Of a stretch of 64,000 nucleotides of DNA, positions 63,411 to 64,000 are shown one piece after another. This stretch comes from Octopus bimaculoides (Eukaryota): the NCBI RefSeq assembly GCF_001194135.2, contig NC_068985.1, forward strand, positions 54,070,393 through 54,134,392, read 5' to 3'. The notes under the pieces were generated by a model. The model had not been told where the DNA came from and did not search any database. It saw nothing but the letters and a program-made list of their open reading frames with translations. The translations under genes were made by a program, and so were the position numbers. Each line of letters starts with the position of its first letter. Position 1 is the first letter of the stretch.

Positions 63411-63922
63411 TAATTGAGACATAGGTTACTATTATCTATGGCTCCTGGTTCTGATCAATTCATAGGTGTTAACTTGGGTTTAGAAATTGAAGAACTCTTT
63501 CTGACATATGTATGATTATTTAAAATAATAAACAATGTAACAACAAACAAGTATCTGTTTTGATTGAGTAGAAGTGAGGGTTAGAAGTTGCTGTTAGAAG
63601 AACACTTAACAATAGTAAATGGAGAATGACTGCAAAAGAACTAAATTTACAACAGGAATTCTTCCATGAGTATGGAGGTAGCATTGATTACATGCATATA
63701 TTTCATAGATACCTCCTTGGTGTTGTCTCTTTGCTGATATCCAGGTGGGAGCTGGGAGTGGCTGGAGCCGAGGGTGTCTCCAGCGACTACTTGGCTGGCT
63801 TTACTTGAGGCATCAGACTTGGAGCGAGACACATTGATATCCCGAATATCAACTAAATCCCTTGTTTTGTAGATGGAAGCTGGAACGGAGCCATGCTTAA
63901 TGTGTTTGGACCCCCCTGGTAG
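4797..63922 (-). CDS. RhoGEF2: Multi-exon RGS-RhoGEF gene (RGS-like, C1, DH, PH; RhoGEF2/RHGF-1/ARHGEF11-12 family), partial
   Basis: 23 exons with AG/GT boundaries and matching phases. 21 consecutive exons total 2728 nt (909 codons + 1). Motifs: RGS-like (YLISNDDPSALFFY, KWAYEIYSTFL..APL), exact C1 spacing, DH (KRQEVINELFYTE, CRRLQLKDLIPAEMQRLTKY), PH (LIHEG.LTW, VVLLDKYLVFLQKQDDRLVLK). No start or stop codon in the window. Confidence 0.93.
5034..5493. mobile_element. Tc1/mariner (pogo/Tigger-like) MITE
   Basis: TA-[CAGGTACCACCGATTTTCTGG ... CCAGAAAATTGATGATGTACCTG]-TA: imperfect TIR of about 22 bp with TA flanks. Confidence 0.7.
5895..6105 (-). mobile_element. SINE 3' module with (GAT)n tail (family A; other copies near 5585, 8110, 12235, 18630, 20480, 33400, 34100, 34795, 37279, 41900, 48775)
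   Basis: The sequence catcatttaacgtcc..ccatgctggcatgggttgga...gctggatgcccttcctaa..caaccac recurs more than 10 times in the window, in both orientations. Confidence 0.8.
7044..7346 (-). CDS. RhoGEF exon, PH C-terminal helix plus Thr/Ala repeat tract (WFKCIQSAV...TGGL)
   Basis: tttcttag acceptor, AA|gtaagt donor, 303 nt, phase 2-2. W..I of the PH helix, then ACA/GCA codon runs. Confidence 0.88.
8577..8842 (+). mobile_element. piggyBac-derived short element carrying the transposase C-terminal Cys-rich tail
   Basis: GTAA-CCCTTTG...CAAAGGG-TTAA; 8667-8741 encodes VCEQCDVLLCVVPCFHIYYIEKNL*. Confidence 0.7.
8990..9210 (-). mobile_element. SINE 3' module (family B; also near 7495, 36910, 46222, 59365, 61915)
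   Basis: Recurrent ttacttgtttcagtcatt.gactg.ggccatgc...gaccccag.acttatt...gtacttattctatc block. Confidence 0.8.
9281..9740. other. Assembly gap (others: 13409-13943, 42716-42837, 50793-51700, 57986-57995)
   Basis: Runs of N. Confidence 1.
10345..10540 (+). mobile_element. RTE-type LINE 3' fragment
   Basis: Encodes ...TVEETCGRGRPRKTWDKVVKHDLQTLGLTE..., an RTE ORF C-terminal motif. Confidence 0.75.
10754..11018 (-). CDS. RhoGEF exon, PH (NFSLTDYKLIHEG...VLTRNVAT)
   Basis: attctgcag acceptor, A|gtaagt donor, 265 nt, phase 0-1. Confidence 0.96.
11050..11270. mobile_element. TTAA-type MITE (family M1, TIR CCCTTTAGCATT), degenerate
   Basis: Body matches the copies at 37249 and 53358; ends ...aaatgttaaagca-TTAA. 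Confidence 0.7.
11405..11860 (-). mobile_element. tRNA-headed SINE with internal microsatellite and family C tail (similar at 15945-16340, 28860-29292, 52650-53230)
   Basis: Minus strand reads gtggttgtg.ggtaagaagtttgcttc...gaacaagtgtcttcaactatagc head, then a (TG)n spacer and a tail ending (GAT/AAT)n. Confidence 0.8.
12463..12635 (-). CDS. RhoGEF exon, DH end (STEEYAMLE...VNLAV...EEFR)
   Basis: tttctgcag acceptor, AGA|gtaagt donor, 173 nt, phase 1-0. Confidence 0.95.
13070..14270 (+). mobile_element. piggyBac-family transposon, internally deleted and gapped
   Basis: TTAA on both sides and a perfect 14-bp TIR CCCTTTCGTTACTA. ORF start MERSFMLSSSDSEFEGF; after the gap NYWSNQEP...SSIM / RFVKLNQYLHVRD...RGE with a frameshift. 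Confidence 0.9.
15535..15652 (-). CDS. RhoGEF exon, DH (ESESSIMCRRLQLKDLI...QRLTKYHLL...KYTT)
   Basis: atttgcag acceptor, A|gtaagt donor, 118 nt, phase 0-1. Confidence 0.96.
17039..17187. mobile_element. mariner-type MITE, shortened copy
   Basis: TA flanks; the left end gagggtgttgaaaagttcctggcttt matches the 32988 copy. Confidence 0.7.
17200..17400. mobile_element. TTAA-type MITE (family M2; other copies near 16434, 27140, 39880, 43495, 57860)
   Basis: TTAA-CCCTTTTGTCATCA ... TGATGACAAAAGTA-TTAA; the shared body tacactg..tttgttt.aattaatttt.gaaaataatga recurs. Confidence 0.8.
17687..17812 (-). CDS. RhoGEF exon, DH (FDGEAGE...FCRNQ...FAQFLM)
   Basis: aaatag acceptor, ATG|gtgagt donor, 126 nt, phase 0-0. 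Confidence 0.95.
18457..18536 (-). CDS. RhoGEF exon, DH (SLNEEMK...GDILLRR)
   Basis: ttttgtag acceptor, AGG|gtaagt donor, 80 nt, phase 1-0. Confidence 0.95.
19087..19233 (-). CDS. RhoGEF exon, DH (ELFYTERAH...FPNLEELIKLH)
   Basis: tctttcag acceptor, A|gtaagt donor, 147 nt, phase 1-1. Confidence 0.96.
21148..21317 (-). CDS. RhoGEF exon, pre-DH and DH start (SSDSPC...DSDLEVE...KKRQEVIN)
   Basis: ttcatacag acceptor, G|gtaata donor, 170 nt, phase 2-1. Confidence 0.93.
21510..21703. repeat. 194-bp foldback (93-bp inverted arms, 8-nt loop)
   Basis: Arms 21510-21602 and 21611-21703 match at 82 of 93 positions with no indels. Confidence 0.95.
22495..22612. repeat. (GATA)n/(GA)n microsatellite
   Basis: Read directly. 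Confidence 0.95.
25540..26060 (+). mobile_element. RTE-type LINE RT C-terminal fragment, degraded
   Basis: KCLRVIFMNDERQ...KGKLTIFNSV.MPNLIYG...EMGFL.GISGV.LFDRVHSSEIRE...GHVIRM. Confidence 0.75.
26821..26933 (-). CDS. RhoGEF linker exon (KGDRRTRRAKSDVD...LHSA)
   Basis: ctttatcag acceptor, AG|gtttgt donor, 113 nt, phase 0-2. Confidence 0.9.
28215..28292. repeat. (AT)n microsatellite
   Basis: Read directly. Confidence 0.95.
30161..30212 (-). CDS. RhoGEF linker exon (RATDLGRSESLKDRPDQ)
   Basis: ctttgcag acceptor, CAG|gtaaat donor, 52 nt, phase 2-0; contains a GRSESL motif like ARHGEF11. Confidence 0.9.
30360..30565 (-). mobile_element. tRNA-derived SINE family D (also near 9741, 10545, 39200, 40150, 45780, 52852, 56255-56950)
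   Basis: Head ggc.agctg(g/c)cagaatc.ttag, and the recurrent body gtcaactttg.ctt..atcctttc...gtcaataaaataagta.cagt. A B-box (GAGTTCAAAT) is visible in better copies, e.g. 56870-56880. Confidence 0.8.
30868..30940 (-). CDS. RhoGEF linker exon (FHSVNSIVKRFE...DERH)
   Basis: ctttacag acceptor, AA|gtaagt donor, 73 nt, phase 1-2. Confidence 0.88.
31601..31690 (-). CDS. RhoGEF linker exon (PHINQRRES...DEDLDS)
   Basis: ttcttctag acceptor, G|gtaaat donor, 90 nt, phase 1-1. Confidence 0.87.
32796..32918 (-). CDS. RhoGEF exon, C1 second half (CEWNVHKHC...LC...PSNTN)
   Basis: catttcag acceptor, G|gtaggt donor, 123 nt, phase 1-1. Confidence 0.94.
32988..33200. mobile_element. mariner-type MITE
   Basis: TA-CGAAGGGTGCTGAAAAGTTCCTGGCTTT ... 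AAAGCCAGGAAGTTTCCAGCACTTGCTTCG-TA. Confidence 0.85.
34533..34641 (-). CDS. RhoGEF exon, C1 first half (AYRNHQF...CTVC...QGYQCS)
   Basis: gttgtag acceptor, A|gtgagt donor, 109 nt, phase 0-1. Confidence 0.94.
35790..36085 (-). mobile_element. Penelope-like GIY-YIG endonuclease remnant
   Basis: MNCKTQNLIYCITCPKCKENYIGE...LHR, then in a shifted frame WKIPLSKHLEICGEGKFKIFPFYKC...FRKSMELHF. Confidence 0.8.
36647..37090 (+). mobile_element. Near full-length tRNA-headed SINE with (GT)n spacer and family B tail
   Basis: ggtgcaggcacgactgtgtggttaagaag...ccttgggtaagtgtcttctactatagcc head, (GT)n 36812-36890, tail ending gactgaaataagtaaaaga. Confidence 0.85.
37249..37752. mobile_element. TTAA MITE M1 with a nested family A SINE (37279-37565)
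   Basis: TTAA-CCCTTTAGCATT...AATGCTAAAGGA-TTAA; the MITE body gtcaaat|gtaatgc is split by the SINE. Confidence 0.85.
37871..38054 (-). CDS. RhoGEF exon, RGS-like end (EEKAKC...ALATYLRHIG...KSKTK)
   Basis: ttttacag acceptor, AAG|gtatgc donor, 184 nt, phase 2-0. Confidence 0.92.
40960..41065 (-). CDS. RhoGEF exon, RGS-like (GLGNFYG...HLESF)
   Basis: cttcttcag acceptor, AC|gtaagt donor, 106 nt, phase 1-2. Confidence 0.92.
41404..41538. repeat. About 36-bp minisatellite, 4 units
   Basis: Units start at 41404, 41440, 41467 and 41503 with core a(c/t)a(g/a)(c/t)cac(g/a)cctg. Confidence 0.8.
42233..42655. mobile_element. Tigger/pogo-like MITE
   Basis: TA-CAGGTCGTTGTCGACTTTACGAC ... GATCATAAGTCAATGACAACCTA-TA, with subterminal gactt(t)acga repeats; sits in a (TA)n run. 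Confidence 0.75.
42933..42968 (-). ncRNA. Degenerate minimal type I hammerhead motif
   Basis: CTTT-CAGTTGA-A-GAGC(GTAG)GCTT-GAAA-CG-TT-AAAG. Stems are intact; two core positions differ from CUGANGA. Confidence 0.5.
43779..43947 (-). CDS. RhoGEF exon, RGS-like (PLKVTID...DFRNKQKL)
   Basis: atttcag acceptor, G|gtgagt donor, 169 nt, phase 0-1. Confidence 0.93.
46009..46113 (-). CDS. RhoGEF exon, RGS-like (FFYIISD...KWAYEIYSTFLIQNA)
   Basis: ttttcag acceptor, GCT|gtaagt donor, 105 nt, phase 0-0. Confidence 0.94.
47031..47138. repeat. 18-bp minisatellite x6 (CCTTTGACCAGCCTGAAG)
   Basis: Six contiguous units, with the central ones near identical. Confidence 0.95.
47693..47800 (-). CDS. RhoGEF exon, RGS-like start (AENRLPF...SNDDPSAL)
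   Basis: ctcccag acceptor, CTG|gtaagt donor, 108 nt, phase 0-0. Confidence 0.92.
48302..48367 (-). CDS. RhoGEF exon (DGGTAAIMTMEEDDDDEVPTDE)
   Basis: tttttag acceptor, GAG|gtacac donor, 66 nt, phase 0-0. Acidic stretch like the one preceding the RGS-like domain in this family. Confidence 0.85.
49090..49230 (-). CDS. RhoGEF exon (RTSLTVGSPD...DRCGTE)
   Basis: ttttaccag acceptor, GAG|gtacct donor, 141 nt, phase 0-0, Ser/Pro-rich open frame. Confidence 0.85.
50452..50542 (-). mobile_element. 91-bp mini-Helitron
   Basis: A|TCTCTATATATAAAG ... CCCGGGCAACGCCAGG hairpin ... CTAG|T. Confidence 0.8.
50662..52027 (-). mobile_element. Helitron: 5' end at 52027 and PIF1-helicase C-terminal remnant at 50662-50792, separated by a 908-N gap
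   Basis: A|TCTATATATATAAAAATGAGAATGTGTGTCTGTC at 52027; LEEPCFSHGQLYVGCSRVGSNK/NLFVYAPQGKTRNIVYNEVL* with a +1 frameshift. Confidence 0.8.
53358..53917. mobile_element. TTAA MITE M1 interrupted by a Helentron-type non-autonomous element (about 53402-53743)
   Basis: MITE ends CCCTTTAGCATT / AATGCTAAAGGG. The insert starts ttaccttcaccttagcaaaggcagaggt and ends gccttggtggaagtttgcactctctgagtgctcttgtt, at a TT. Confidence 0.75.
54700..55387 (+). mobile_element. CR1-type LINE 3' end
   Basis: ERDLGITVNRNLCWTKHI...LYMAMVWPHLEFA.PVWNPY and RKHFFTLRVAETWNKVPASVV...FKT, followed by an (ATT)n tail. Confidence 0.85.
55615..55697. repeat. (AAT)n microsatellite, the probable tail of an unclassified repeat at about 55700-56260
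   Basis: Read directly. The adjacent 560 bp looks like an interspersed repeat but is single-copy in this window. Confidence 0.8.
56255..56950 (-). mobile_element. Three head-to-tail family D SINE copies
   Basis: Diverged units of about 220-240 bp, each containing aggatgaaagg..aagtc.ac and tctgcca.ct, separated by short AAT-rich spacers. Confidence 0.85.
58380..58745 (+). mobile_element. Degraded LINE fragment (region preceding RT)
   Basis: FASNSTL and ISELAPIITKLFNL motifs lie in different frames. Confidence 0.55.
58995..59342 (-). mobile_element. tRNA-headed SINE family E (also near 19880-20160, 41690, 61590)
   Basis: TGGCCCAGTGGTTAGAG A-box, GAGTTCGATTCCC B-box, body gtgttgtgttcttgagcaaaatactt. 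Confidence 0.8.
60098..60383 (-). mobile_element. tRNA-headed short element containing a degenerate hammerhead motif
   Basis: GGGCATA-TGGCGTAGTGG(A-box)...GTTCGATTC(B-box), an (AAT)n spacer, then AAGACAC-CTGATGA-AGGCTG..CAGGT-GAAAC-GTGTT. Confidence 0.7.
60615..60745. repeat. (GA)n/(GAAA)n tract
   Basis: Read directly. Confidence 0.9.
62984..63016 (+). ncRNA. Degenerate minimal hammerhead motif
   Basis: CTGATGA-A-AAGC(TCT)GCTC-AAAA-CG-TC. GAAA reads AAAA and helix I is weak. Confidence 0.4.
63336..63407. repeat. (AT)n microsatellite
   Basis: Read directly. Confidence 0.95.
63713..63922 (-). CDS. RhoGEF exon, N-terminal low-complexity region (LPGGSKHIKH...RDNTKE)
   Basis: Long pyrimidine tract then aacag acceptor; donor GAG|gtatct; 210 nt, phase 0-0. 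The link to the next exon across 14.5 kb is phase-compatible but has no domain support. Confidence 0.7.
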
Positions 63923-64000
63923 CTGTTCACAGATAATTGACACACGACAAACACAAAAAAGGGGGAAGAAGAAGAAAAAAAAATAAAATAAAAAGCACAT

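Noticed and set aside
1-64000. CRISPR arrays, rRNA genes, intact tRNA genes, prokaryotic operons
   Set aside because: None seen. The tRNA-like sequences are SINE heads without a complete cloverleaf, and the tandem repeats have no unique spacers.

Overview
AT-rich, microsatellite- and SINE-dense eukaryotic DNA with five N gaps. The repeat landscape suggests an octopus genome (my inference). One gene spans the window on the minus strand: an RGS-RhoGEF of the RhoGEF2/RHGF-1/ARHGEF11-12 family. I traced 23 GT-AG exons by hand. The first 21 (63922 to 10754) splice with consistent phases into 909 uninterrupted codons covering an RGS-like, C1, DH and most of the PH domain. One PH exon is missing, probably in the 9281-9740 gap; two more exons follow, and both gene ends lie outside the window. 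Introns hold tRNA-derived SINEs, RTE/CR1/Penelope-like fragments, piggyBac and Tc1/mariner elements and MITEs, and Helitron/Helentron pieces. Most interesting: four type-I hammerhead-ribozyme motifs, one with an intact core (1134-1196) and one fused to a tRNA-derived Pol III head (60098-60383); a 194-bp foldback just upstream of the exon leading into the DH domain; and several frame-preserving candidate cassette exons. Exon, ribozyme and TIR coordinates were counted by hand; SINE/LINE boundaries are approximate. No searches or folding programs were run.
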